Below are positions 1 through 20,420 of a DNA stretch of 64,000 nucleotides, piece after piece. This stretch comes from the human T2T-CHM13v2.0 reference genome, Homo sapiens: NCBI RefSeq assembly GCF_009914755.1, contig NC_060933.1, one strand, 5' to 3'. The notes under the pieces were generated by a model that did not search any database, was not told the DNA's origin, and saw nothing but the letters and a program-made list of their open reading frames with translations. Each line of letters starts with the position of its first letter. The first letter of the stretch is position 1. Position numbers and translations under genes: made by a program.

Positions 1-1004
1 CATTACTTTTTAAAATTTATTCAACTTATTGAATGAAGACTTATTGAGAACTAATGGTGAAAACAAAGATGAATTAGATCTGACCTGGCCCTCAAAAAAC
101 TCGAGATAAACATCAAAAACCATAAGGAAGGTTGTGGGAACTGAGGTGAAGGAAGTACTGGTTAGCCAAATAGTGATAAAATTGTCAGGATGAGGATCTT
201 GAGCTTGATTTTATTGAGATAAGGAAGAAAGAAAACACACATACAAACGAAAACAAAAAGAATAAAAGAGAAAAACCTGTATGTAAATATAAGTATTCTG
301 TAAGTCAGATGACAAGTGTAAGGAGAAAACAGTCTTAACGTCAACTATTGAATAGTCTGAATTCGATTATTGAATAGACTAACAACAGTCTTAATGTCAA
401 CTCTGCTAGCTGAGTGTCCCGAAGAGGCTACAGGTCCAGATACTAGGCCAAACTGTGGCAGAGAGTTCGAGAATCTTGAATGCAGGAGATGGCTGCAGAT
501 TTCCTTGGCACCATCATGAGCCTTGGCCTGAAAACAATAGTTAGAGCTAAAATATGTATTTATGTGACTTTCTTAAAAAAAAGTCACATTGTTTTCTCTG
601 ATAGATGTAATATATGTGCATTGTAAAAAAATTTTTTAATACAGAAAAGAACAAAGGTAAAAATCATTCATAACTATACCATCCAGAGAGGAACATTGTG
701 AACCTTTTAAAGAGCTCCCTCTAGACATTTTTCCTAGTCATGTGTCTTATATAGCTGTATTCATCTATTTCCTCTTATGTGTGGTTTAGAGAGTGATAGC
801 TCAATCCTTGCCCTTATCTCTGAAAACTTTTTTAGGAGTCTTAGACGTGGAATCACTTGGTTTCGTTAAGGATAGTCTTATTACTAAAATTATTTCTAGG
901 AAAGGTTTAGCAATTTTTACTCTCACCATATATGAGAATGCTCATCTTAATGCACCGTTGCCAGTCTTGAGTTGTATCATTAAAAATAAATCTATTCCCC
1001 AAAC

Positions 1005-1396
1005 CCCATAAACCCAGTATAATCATGCATCAGGCAAATCCAAGAGGGAGACATTCTACAAAATACCTGATTAGTGCTCCTCAAAACTGTCAAAGTCATC
1101 AACAACAAGGAAAATCTGAAAAACTGTCACAGCCAAGAGGAGCCTAAGGAGACATGATAACTACATGCAATATGGTCTCCTGGATGGGATCTGGGAACAG
1201 AAATGTTAGGTCAAATCAAGGAAATCTGAATATGGAGTTAATAAATAATAGTGTATCAATATTGATTAATAATTTGTCTCAAGTTTACCATACTAATGGA
1301 AGATGCTTATAATAGGGGAAACTGGGTGTGGGATGTATCTTCACAATTTTTCTGTAAATTTAAAGGTGTTCTAAACTAAGTTTATTAAAAAATAAA
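1005..1396 (+). mobile_element. Old L1 3' end (L1MC/L1MD-type)
   Basis: Contains gacattctacaaaatacctga...ctcctcaaaactgtcaaagtcatc...aactgtcacagccaagaggagcctaaggagacatg and ends in an A-rich tail; matches the recalled L1MC/MD 3'UTR. Confidence 0.8.
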
Positions 1397-1594
1397 GCAT
1401 GCACACAAGCAAAAGTGTAACAAATGAAGTCACTGATGTGAACAGATAACTATGACTGCATTTCTGAAATTTGCTAATATTGCTAGTCTATACCTAACAT
1501 AATGATTTGTGATCTCTAAGGTTTTCTTGAAATAACCAGAGATCACAGATGAAATTGCAGAAGATAATCATATATAATACATATTAGGTTGAAA

Positions 1595-1818
1595 GTATGG
1601 TGCTTAAGAACATAGAGACTGGAATCAGAATGCCTCAGTTTAAACCCTGGTTCTATTATTTACCAGCTCTATGATCTTGGGTTAGTTATCTCATTAATCT
1701 GTGCCTTGGTTTTTGAGTCTGTAAACTAATGATAAAATACTTCAGTGGGTTTCTCTGAGAATAAAATATGTTGATATTTGTACAACAATGCCAGGCAGTT
1801 AGTGCTATAAAAATGTTT
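1595..1818 (+). mobile_element. MIR SINE
   Basis: Core ttaccagctctatgatcttgggttagttat...ctgtgccttggttt...tctgtaaa; tail gtgctataaaaatgtt. Confidence 0.75.
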
Positions 1819-1849
1819 AATAGTGAGAAAAAAATAAGTCTGTTAATTT

Positions 1850-2050
1850 ACTTATGGTACAAACATTTATTGAGCACCCCTGTGTACCAGGCATTATGTT
1901 AAGTGTTAAGGACAATTGTGAAAAAGAGAGACAATGCTCCTGCCCTCAAGGAGTTTACTGTTTAATTGGCATAGAGAGACAATAAACAAACAAGTAATTT
2001 TATATTGCAATAGTGCTAGGAAAGAAATAACAAGCCCAAAGTGATGGTAA
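1850..2050 (-). mobile_element. L2 3' fragment
   Basis: caaacatttattgagcacccctgtgtaccaggcatt...cctgccctcaaggagttta is the typical antisense L2 3' end. Confidence 0.75.
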
Positions 2051-2066
2051 AAAAGATGCCTTAGTT

Positions 2067-3650
<1,584 letters not shown>

Positions 3651-4149
3651 GATATCTGGTGGTGCAAGTTACCTTTTATTATATTTACTTTTTTTCACTT
3701 AAAAATTGATACACAATAGTTGCACATATGTAATATCACTATTTGTTTTCAAAATAGAGATACTCCATTCGTATTTTTCTTTTTTTCCTTCTATGAGATT
3801 TGCTTTGCTGTTCTTCATTTCTAACTTCTTTTGCTACTGATTAGTTGTTTTATTTTCGGTCTTTCTTGATATCATTTTTAAGGCTGTGAATCTGGCTCCA
3901 GTGATAAATTTGGCTGCACTGCATAAATTTGTAATGTAATATGTCCACTATTCCTATTCTCTAATTACACTGTAATTTGGATTTGCCATTAATGATTATT
4001 TACAACATAATTTTTAAGATTTCAAAACAGTTGTTTTTCTTTATTTGCATAAACATTCTTTTAATTTTAAATTTCATTATGCCGCAGTCAAAAAATGTGA
4101 CTTGTACAATTGATGATTTGGGGGATTCATGTGGTTTTTCATGATTAAA

Positions 4150-4293
4150 CTTTGTGTTCCCAACATAAAAAAAAAGATAAATGTTTGAGATGATGGATAT
4201 GATAATTACCCTGATCTGATCACTAGACATTGTGTGTATCAAAGCATCACTATGTACCCCATGTATACAATTATGATGTGTCAATTAAAAAAA
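4150..4293 (+). mobile_element. L1MA-type 3' terminal fragment
   Basis: gataaatgtttgagatgatggatat...aattaccctgatctgatcact...tatgtacccc...tgtcaattaaaa. Confidence 0.8.
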
Positions 4294-4300
4294 CTTTCAA

Positions 4301-4594
4301 GGCCAGGCACTGTAGCTTAGGCCTGTAATCCCAGCACTTTGGGAGGCTGAGGTGGGCGGATCACTTGAGGTCAGGAGCCTGGCCAACATGGAGAAACCCT
4401 GTCTCTACTAAATACACAAAAATTAGCCAGCCGTGATGGCAAGCGCCTGTAGTCCCAGCTACTCAGGAAGCTGAGGCCCAAGAATAGCTTGAACCTGCGA
4501 GGCAGAGGCTGCAGTGAGTCAAGATAGTGCCATCGTACTCCAGCCTGGATGACAAAGCGAGACTCTGTCTCAAAAAGAAAAAAAGAAAAAAACA
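4301..4594 (+). mobile_element. AluSx/Sz-like, inserted in the L1MA tail
   Basis: Alu dimer lacking about 11 nt (ttcgagaccag); TSD aaaaactttcaa / aaaatctttcaa. Confidence 0.93.
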
Positions 4595-5204
4595 AAAATC
4601 TTTCAAGAAAATTTATACATCTAGAAAAAATTAAATAGCACAAATGAGTTTGTCTGAAAAGCAAGAGTTAACCTGTCAACCTTTTCTTATTCTTACTCTG
4701 TCTCTTGCCTTTGTGTTTTTACTTTCTTTGGGGATTGTTTTCACACCTCCTTATAATGTGTTTATGCTGCCATTACTTGATTTATCAATTGTAGGTAATA
4801 TTAATTGACTCTGCACTATGGACAGTGAGAATTAACATCCTTACATTATTTATTTTCCCTTTCCCAATTTCTAATAGTTAAATGAAACTTTTCAGTTCTT
4901 TTATTAATTACTGTAAAAATTTTACAACATTAAATATCTTTCTCATGTATATTTACAAGTTTTGTTTTTAGATATTTTGATATTATTCACCACTTATATA
5001 ACCACGATTGTTCTACCTTCAATATGTGTTGTGACCATTATCAGTATATATTGGCATTTTCTCTTACATTGCATTTTTTGCCTTAAATTCTTATTTTTTT
5101 GATATTAATAGTCATCTCTGCTCTTCTCTTTTGTTTTTCTCTTTTTTGACCAACACTTTTGTTAATCTCTCCAAAGCATTCTTGCTGAGAATATGAATTT
5201 GATC

Positions 5205-5369
5205 TCTTACCTAATGTTAAGAATTTTCTTAACATATTATAATTTAGACTTATCTTACCTGGTGTTAAGAATTTCACCTAGTGTTGAGAATCTTCTTAAC
5301 TGACATCCTTGAGAGTCTTCTTAACACTAGGTAAGAGAAGTCTAAATTATAATATGGAAGTCTAAATTA
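5205..5369. repeat. Complex inverted/direct repeat mosaic
   Basis: 39-bp inverted arms at 5233-5271 and 5318-5356 (2 mismatches), plus short direct repeats of the same motifs. Confidence 0.9.
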
Positions 5370-6002
5370 GGTATATTTTGATAATGACATGTCTGTCATT
5401 TATTTTTATTTTTTTTAAAACTTTTTTTGATTTCCAATTTTTTGCTCTATGGACATTGATTTCTTTGGTTTTAGTAATCCTACTTCTATCTATATTACTC
5501 TACAAATCAACGTAACAATTTTAATTTTTCCGACATATAGTAATGAAATAAACATGTTTTTGCTACTCTTATCTTTTCCCCTACCCATTTCCGGACTCTG
5601 ATAACACTGTCTATTGACACAGAGCTATTATTAAATTATCTTTTTCACTTTTGTATTTATTTTCTTTTAAGATAATATTCTATTTTCTAGCCACATTTAT
5701 AATACTTGGTTACCCTGAGTTCTATGTTTACTGATTTCACATAATGTCCAGTTTTTTAATACTATGGAAGTTTCATTTTTGACTTTTTTGTTTTGAGTTA
5801 ACTCTTGATGAGTTAGGATCTATCTTCAAGTACTTTTTTACTTTTTCTGAGTTGTATCTGGGTCATAATCTCTATTAGTCCTATTTTTGTCAGAGAATAT
5901 CTTCCTAGTTTTTCTGATTGAGTCACTTTTAATCACTGTGTCATTATTTAGTCATTATTTATGTATATAAACATATTTATACACACATTTATTTATTATA
6001 TT

Positions 6003-6409
6003 GATATATTTATTATGGGAATTGGCTCAGGTGATTATGAATGCCAAGAAGTTTCACCATCTGCCGTCTATAAGCTGAGAACCAGGAGAGCTAGTGGTGT
6101 AATTCAGTTTGAGTTCAAAGGCCTGAGAACCAGAAACTCTGATGTCCGAGGGCCAGAGAAGATGAATGTCCCAGTTCAAGAAGAGGGAAAACTCACTCTT
6201 CTTTAGCCTTTTTGTTCTACTGAGGCCCTCAATGGGTTGGATGATGACCGCCCACATTGGTGAGGGTGGATCTTCTTTACTCAGTCTACTGATTTAAATG
6301 CTAATCTCTTCTGGGAACACCTCCACAAATACACCCAGAAATCTTGTTTTACCAGATATCTGGGCATCCCTTAGCTCAGTTAACTTGACACATAAAATTG
6401 ACCATCACA
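6003..6409 (-). mobile_element. MLT2 (MLT2B-like) ERVL LTR
   Basis: ggaattggctca...aaggcctgagaaccag...ctcagtctactgatttaaatgctaatctcttct...ttgacacataaaattgaccatcaca. Confidence 0.85.
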
Positions 6410-7140
6410 GTTACCATGTTTTTCCTTTAAAAAACTGAAGAATTTGCTCTATTTTTTTTTTTTTTTTTTTGGTGTTTAGTTTTAAGGAGAAATCTGAGAA
6501 GACTCTATGTTTTTATATTTTAAAATAATTTATATTTGTTTTATGTTTGGCAATTGTTCTTTCTGGCTGTTGCCCTCTTTTTAATCAGTGTTGACTGGTA
6601 CTTTTAAATCTTTTTATTTAGTAGACATAAATTTTTCTTTAATGCTGGAAGGTTTTTTTCCCCCACCTTTATCTTTGATTTTTGCTCTATTTCAATTTTG
6701 TTCCATTTATTTTGGCCTCATTTTTAGGAATATCAACTATCTGCAGATTTGATTTCTTTTCTCACCTCTACATCTATCCATCTTCTCTCATTTTATTTTC
6801 TTCTCTTCCCTGCCATTTGCATTTTTGAAGGATTTTCCAGATTTGTTTTTAGGCAATTAATTTGATTTTCTACAGTGTCTATGATTATATTTTCTGCTTC
6901 TAATGTAGATTTTAATTGTGTTATTTCATTTCTAGTTTCCTTCTCATCTCAGCAAGCTTATCTTTATGTCTCTGTATTTCGTTCACCTATTTTTAAAGTT
7001 GCATCTAACACCTGATACTCTCAATTTTTATTTGCTTAATGGTATCTGTGTTCTTTTGAACCTAATTAAAAACTAAAATTTATGATTTCTACATTTCTTT
7101 AGTCTTCTGTATAAATAATTTTCAGAAGACAGCTGTTTGA

Positions 7141-7610
7141 ATCAGTCAGGGTTCTTAGTTTAATGTGGAAGAAACTGACTTTGGCTAATTTAAGTTGAGA
7201 GTATTGATGTTGGGTAGTCTCTGGATTGTTGAATAGAGGGCATGCACTGGATAACTGAACCTAGAGGTGACATGGCTGGAATCCTGTAAAATCACACCGC
7301 AGAACTGGTCAGGTGAGCATTATCCGCTATTTTTGCCAAGCACCCAGTGCCACAGCTTCCACCTCTGTCATTATTTCCTCCAGAAACTATGTTGCTGCCA
7401 TGGTTGCCCTTCTGCCATCCAAATGGATTCTCCACTGTTCTGCTTTTTGCATCACTAGACACTGGTTCGTAGTTCAGGAAGCATGCACATGATTGGCTGA
7501 ACCTAGATTACATGTCCGTGGTCTAACTGCAAGTATGTCTGGTAAAGCAAGTTTCTGATCTTTCAGCAACAGTAGTAGAAGGTGTCCTCTGTCTCCCACC
7601 AAGGCCTATA
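7141..7610 (-). mobile_element. Old MaLR LTR (MLT1K/N-like)
   Basis: agtcagggttcttagtt...aaactgactttggctaatttaag...tgattggctgaacctagattacatg...aactgcaag. Confidence 0.6.
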
Positions 7611-8059
7611 AAGACAGTGAAAACGTGAACAAAGAATGGACAGTCAATACAGTAGGGTCCATTATATTCTTCTTTGTATCCTGAGTGCTGTGCTATTTTT
7701 CCTTCCGTTTCAGAAACTTCTAAATTCTCAAGCTTGATTTTTACATCTTTCAAATGAGTATATTCCTTTTAACAAAGATATATATAGCAGAGCTTGACAT
7801 TTGCCAAAAAACAAAGTGAGTAGAGTTCTTTGGTCCCTGGCTCTGCTGGTGATTACTTTTCAAAACCTTCTTTTGCCTTTTGAAATACTAAGCATGGTGG
7901 GCAGTGTGGGAGAAAGCTTTCCCACAGGAATAATTTATATTTTTTATCCACTTTGGTTATTGTTGAAGTATCAAAGGTAGAGTAAAAAAGGAGAGGTATC
8001 TCTCAGCCTGAACTGAAACAGCTATCTTTTGGAATAAGCACATTAGGTTTCTTCCTTTA

Positions 8060-8431
8060 ATGGCCAATATCATACTGAATGGGCAAGAGCTGGAAGCATT
8101 CCCCTTGAAAACTTGCACAAGACAAGGATACCCGCTCTCACCACTCCTATTCAACATAGTATTGGAAGTTCAGGCCATGGCAAGCAGGCAAGAGAGCAAA
8201 ATAAGCATATTCAAATAGGAAGAGAGAAAGTCAAATTGTCTTTGTTTGCAGATAACATGATCTTATAGCTAGAAAACGCCATTGTCTCAGCCTAAAAGCT
8301 TCTTGAGCTGATAAGCAACTTCAGCAAAGTCTCAGGATACAAAATCAATGTGTAAAAATCACAAGTATTCCTATACACCAACAATACACAAGCAGACTGT
8401 CAAATCATGAAAGAACTCTCATGCACAATTG
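8060..8431 (+). mobile_element. Isolated internal L1PA ORF2 (reverse transcriptase) fragment
   Basis: Encodes [34 protein letters not shown]... SLFADNMIL... ISNFSKVSGYKINV with stops and frameshifts; no 3'UTR or poly-A. Confidence 0.92.
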
Positions 8432-8474
8432 AAATAATATTTTAGTAGGCTGTAAGCTTAATTTAAGTTGAGGA

Positions 8475-9622
8475 GCATCTGTATTATGTGAAGTGTCTGT
8501 TCAAGTCTTTTGTTCACAATTCTGTCAGTTTTCTCATTGAGTTGTAAGAATTCTTTATGTATTCTGAATACTAGCTCTTTGTCAGATTACAAATATTTTA
8601 TCCCATTATATGGCTTATCTCTTCATTTTTTCAAGGTGTCTAGATAAACAAAACTTTCAGGTTTTGATGAAATCTAATTTACCAATTTATTTGAATGGTT
8701 TGTGGTTTTGTGTCCTATCTGAGAAATTATTATCTACCCTGAGGTTGCAAGGATTTTCTTCTTTGCTTCTCTTTTGTTCCATCACATTTAGGCCTATGGA
8801 CAATTTTGATTAATTTTGGTTTATGATATAAGGTAAGGGTCAATGTTAATTTTTTCACCTAAGGGTATCTACTTGTTCCAGCACAATTTGGGGAGAAAAC
8901 TTTCATTTCTTTTTAAAATTACCTCAGCACCTTTATTGAAAACTAATCAAATATATATGAATTTATTCCTTGGTTCTATATTCTATACAAATTGATCTAT
9001 ATGTCTATCTTTTTGGCACTACTACATTGTTTTGATTACTGGGTCTTAAGAGTAAGACTCAAAATCAGGCAGTGTAAGTATACCAATTTTTTCTTCTATT
9101 TCAAAAATGCTTTTTATTTTCTAAGTCATTTTGATTTCCATATAAAATGTATAATTAACTTGTAATTTTCTACCAAAAAGTTCTGCTGAAATTTTTTGGC
9201 ATTATGTTAAAACCATAGATACATTTGGAAAGAGACATCTTAATTATATTGTCTTCTAATCCATGAACATGGTATACCTCTCCATTTATTTAGATCTTTG
9301 CTAATTTATCTCAGCAAAATTTTGTTCTTTTTGTTATAGGAGTCTTGTCTCACTTGTTAAATTTATTCCTAAAGATATTATATTTATTTGGTGCTATTAT
9401 AAATGCAATTTTGAAAATTTGTGTTCCAATTGTATGCTGGCAATATGTAAAAATTCAATTAATGTTGATTTTATCTTGATTTTTAAAAATTTAATTCTAT
9501 AATCTGAGATCTTGATAAATTCCCTCGTTAGTTCTAGTAGTTTTTTCGTATCATCCTGAGGGTTTTTTACATAAGTAGTCATGTTATTTGCAAATAGAGA
9601 CAGTTTTATTTATTCCCGTCTA
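8475..9622 (-). mobile_element. Older L1M, 3' part of ORF2 (host element, left piece)
   Basis: Antisense ORF2 motifs; ORF 9397-9582 is RT-like and the piece ends at the degenerate FADD motif (agtcatgttatttgcaaa). Confidence 0.85.
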
Positions 9623-9624
9623 AT

Positions 9625-16235
<6,611 letters not shown>

Positions 16236-19200
16236 TGGGTTTTTTTTCTTCTTTATTTTGTTAATATGGTGAATTGCATTTTTTTTTTAAATGTTAAACC
16301 AACCTTGCATTACTGGAATAAATACCACTTAGTCATGATATATTAACTATTCCTTTGATACATTGCTAGGTTTAACTTGCTAAAAGTTTTTGTACCTGTG
16401 TTTATGAAGGATATGAATCTATAGTTTTTAAAATTGTAATATCTTATGTAATTTTAGTATCAGGATAATGATGCTACTCTTTTTTCCTGTTTTCTGGAGG
16501 AGTTTGTGTAGAACTGTTATTTTTCTATTCCTCATATATTTGGTAGAATTCACCAGCAGGGATATCTTGCCCTGAAGGCTTTTAAATAAAATTTTTATAG
16601 AAAGGTTTTTTTTTGAAACAAGTAATTTCATCTCTTTAGTAGATATCAGGTTATCTATTTCTTCTTGATTGTGCTTTACTAGTTTTCAAAATGTATGTTT
16701 ATTACATTTAACTTGTCAATTTTTCTTATCTTTTTAATATGTGTACTATTTATAGTTTTTTATTCCTGATATTCCTTTTTATTCCTGATATTGGTAATTT
16801 GCGTCTTCCCCTTTCCACCACTTTCAACTCAGTTCAGCTAGAGATGTAGGAATTTTTTTAAATTAAAGAATCATCTTTTGGCTTTATTTTATTTATTGTT
16901 TATTTCCTATTTCATTGATTTTTGCTTTTTATTTACTTTCTTCTGTCTGCTTTGGATTTACTTTGTTCTTTTTTTTCACTAGCTTCTCAAGGTCATTAAT
17001 TACAAGTTATTCTTTTTTCTTTTTCCTGACATGAACATTTAAAGTCATAAATTTCCCTCTACTGCCTTTACTGCATCCCACAAATTTATTTCTATGTTGT
17101 ATTTTTATTATCATTTGGTTTCAAATATTTTCTAATTCTTTGATTTTTATTTGACCCATGGATTATTGAGATATCTGTTGTCCAATTTCCAAACATTTGT
17201 AATATTCTAGCTATATTATTGTTATTGATTTATAATTTAGTCTTTTGTGGTCAAAGACCATACTTTGTATAACTTCAATCCTTTGAAATTTATCGAAACT
17301 TGCATTATGACATAACATATGTTCTATATTGGTGAATGTATCAAGTATATTTGAAAATAATATGTATTGTGTAGTTATTGGGTGTAAAGTTCTATAAATA
17401 CAAATTAGGCAAAAACGAATGACATGTTCAGTTATTCTATGTATCTACTTGTTTTTTTTTCTAGTTTTTAAGTAATTTGCTGAAAGAGGGGTATTAAATT
17501 CTCCTGCTCTGATTGTAGAATCATCTATTTCTCGCTTTAATCTTATCAATTTTTGATTTGCTTATTTTAAAATTCTGTTATTAGGGACACACACATTTAT
17601 AATTGCTATGCCTTTCTGATGAATTAATCCTTTTATTATTATAAAATATTCTTCATTTTTTTTCTAATACTCTTGAGATCTATTTTATCTGCTATTATCA
17701 CAACCACTGTAGCCTTATTATGGTGACTCTTCATATGGTGTGTCTTTTTCTGTCCATTTACTTTCAACTTTTAAATTTATATTTAAGATATGTCTCTTGT
17801 AGATAGAATTTGGTTGGGTCTTCATTTTAAAAAATCCATTCTGATAACCTGTGCCCTTTAATTGCAGTGTTCAGTTCAATTAACATTTAATATAATTACT
17901 GATATGGTTGAATTTAGGTAGCCATTTTATTTTTTATATATTTTGAATCCCTCTCATTTGTCCCACCCTCATCTTACCTTCTTTTGGGTTATTTCAATAT
18001 CTTAATTTCCATTTTAGGACACTTATTCATTTCAAATTATATTTCTGTACATTTCAAAAACATGTTTGTTCTATACATTCTTTTCACAGTTTATGCAGTC
18101 CTAATATGATAAAAAGTAGAATTATTGTAATACATAGATAGGTCTATTTACTTTCTATCTTACCACTCTTTAAGTTATAGTTGTCACATATATTACATCT
18201 AAGTACATGTAAATCCTACAAGAAAATGTCATACTTTTTGCTGTGAAATATCCTTTGAATTCTAAAGAAATTAAAAGAAGAAAGTGTTTTCATTTACCCA
18301 TATATTTACCATTTATATTTCCTACTCTTCATTCATTCCTGAAAATCTAAGTTTTCCCTTGATATCATTTCCTTCAACTTGAAGACCTTTTTGTACAGTT
18401 CTGGTGGAGACCAATTTCCTTAGTTTTTCATTACCTAAAAATGTCTTTATCTCACTTTCCTTTTTGAAGCAAGCTTCACTGAATTTAGAATTCTAGGATG
18501 ACAGTTATTTTCTTGTAACATGTTAAAGATGTTCCACTGTCTTCTAGCCTCTATAGTTTCTGGGAAAGGTTTGTGAGAAAAGTTTGTGATAATTTCTATC
18601 ACTGTTCTCCTATATGGAACGTGATGTTCTTTTCTGGCTGCTTTCAAATTTTTGTCTTTCTCTTCCCTGAACATCAGTTTGGCTATAATGTACTTAGATA
18701 TGGATTTCTTTGCATTAATTCCCTTTGAGGCTTTTTGAGCTTCCTAGATCTGTACATTTCCATCTTAAAAAAATTGGAGACGTTTTCTGGTATTTATCTT
18801 TAAAATATTTACCTGCCCCATTGTCTTTCTTGGTAAGATGTATTGAAATTATTTCATGGGTCCCTGAGGTTCTGCTTATTTTTTTTTTTAATTTCCCCTA
18901 CCTCTCTTATTCAAATTAGATGATGTTTATTGACCTATCTTCAAATTCACTGACTGTTTCCTTTAATCTCCATTTTGCTATTAGGACCATCCACTGAATT
19001 TTTCATTTGAGATGTTTTAGTATTTAGTACTAAAATTTCCATTCATTTCTTTTTTATATGTTATTTTTTCTTGCTGAGGTTTTTAATCTTTATATTCATT
19101 ATATTTCCTTGACATCACTGACTATACTCACAATAGCTATTTTGAAATTCTTTCCTGATAATTCCAACATACAGGTCATCTTGACATGGGCTTCTATTGT

Positions 19201-19820
19201 TTGCATTTTCTCTTGAGACTGGGTCACATTTTTCCGGAACTTTGTATGTTGAGTAATTTTGTATTTTATCCTGGATGCTGTAGAGGCAACATTGTAGAGA
19301 CTCTGAATTTTGTTTTATTGCTCTAGAGAGTGTTGATGTTTCATTTTAACAGGCATCTTATTTCCTTTGGTTTAAACTGAAGCCTGTAATGCCTTTGCTG
19401 AGTGGAAGTTCAGAACTTAGTTTAATTCTATAATCCTTAACTGCTAGCTGCTTTCTATTTGACCCATTCATACATAATTCAGGGGACATCCAGAAATTTG
19501 AGCTGAGTGTAAACAGAATTTGGTGGTATTCTTTCACGGTTTTCTTCTCCCACAGCTTCTGATTGTCTACTTTGCCTGGAATTTTCCTAGTTCCTCCAGC
19601 CAGAAAAGTAGGAGACTTTTTCTTGGAATTTCAGCAATGCTACTTTGGTCATGATTCTGGTTGTCTTTAGGGCATACCTGCAAAAACTATAAATCACTCT
19701 GTGCTGACTTCTTACTATAAGTTTGACTGCCTTTCAAAATATGCCTGCTTTTTTTCGGTTCTTGGAACCATCAAGTGTTTATATTTTTTCTCCTAGCATT
19801 TATAGATATTATTTATGGAA
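16236..19820 (-). mobile_element. Older L1M: 5' ORF2, inter-ORF, ORF1 and 5' region (host element, right piece)
   Basis: aaatgttaaaccaaccttgcatt (GWFNI antisense); ORF1-like 18447-18674 (LKAARK, ETIEARRQW). Confidence 0.85.
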
Positions 19821-19843
19821 AGATACATTATTAGACACCCAGC

Positions 19844-19878
19844 CTTGAGTTAGCTTGAGTTTACTTGAGTTAGCTTGA
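19844..19878. repeat. 10-bp tandem repeat (cttgagttag) x3.5
   Basis: cttgagttag cttgagttta cttgagttag cttga. Confidence 0.85.
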
Positions 19879-20033
19879 CTGGGTTTTTGTTTCTTGCAGA
19901 ACCATAACAGAAGCCATTAATTATGGAATCCAGGATTACTACAGGCTTGGCAGAATGTTGCAGTGGCAAAGGCATAGGTTTGGGAAATGGATATACCACT
20001 CTATTTAAGCTATATGACTTAAGTAAGAATTAA

Positions 20034-20355
20034 TGTTAGTTGTCTATTGTTGTATAATAAATTACTTGAAAATGTAGTCACTTAAGATGAAAAACATTTA
20101 TTATCTTACATGGATTTTGAGGGTCAGGAATTTTGGAGCTATCTAGATGGATGATTCTGTCTCAGAGCCTTTCATGAAGTTGCAATCAAGTTGTCAGACA
20201 AGGTTGCAGTGCTAAAGACTTGATCAAGGCTAGAAAATCTATTTCTAAGCTTACCCACTGTTGTCAGGAGGCTGTTGGCAAGCAGCCATGTGTCCTTGCC
20301 ACATGGGCCTCTCTATAGGGCCGCTTATAACGTGGCTTTTTCCAGAAAGCAAGTA

Positions 20356-20406
<51 letters not shown>

Positions 20407-20420
20407 CAAGAGAGAGAGGT
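20034..20420 (-). mobile_element. MLT1F-like MaLR LTR (partial)
   Basis: ttagttgtctattgttgtataataaattac...acatttattatctt...gggtcaggaatt...ccacatgggcctctctataggg. Confidence 0.75.
20357..20403. repeat. (TG)n microsatellite, about 23 units
   Basis: Perfect TG run. Confidence 0.98.

Noticed and set aside
562-589. 10-bp hairpin atgtgacttt...aaagtcacat
   Set aside because: A short AT-rich stem is expected by chance in 64 kb; not a terminator in this context.
5205-5369. CRISPR-like or MITE interpretation of the repeat mosaic
   Set aside because: No regular repeat-spacer period, no unique spacers, eukaryotic context, and no TSD or known terminal repeat recognised.
16757-16792. Direct repeat tttttattcctgatatt x2
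   Set aside because: Ordinary slippage duplication inside a dead L1.
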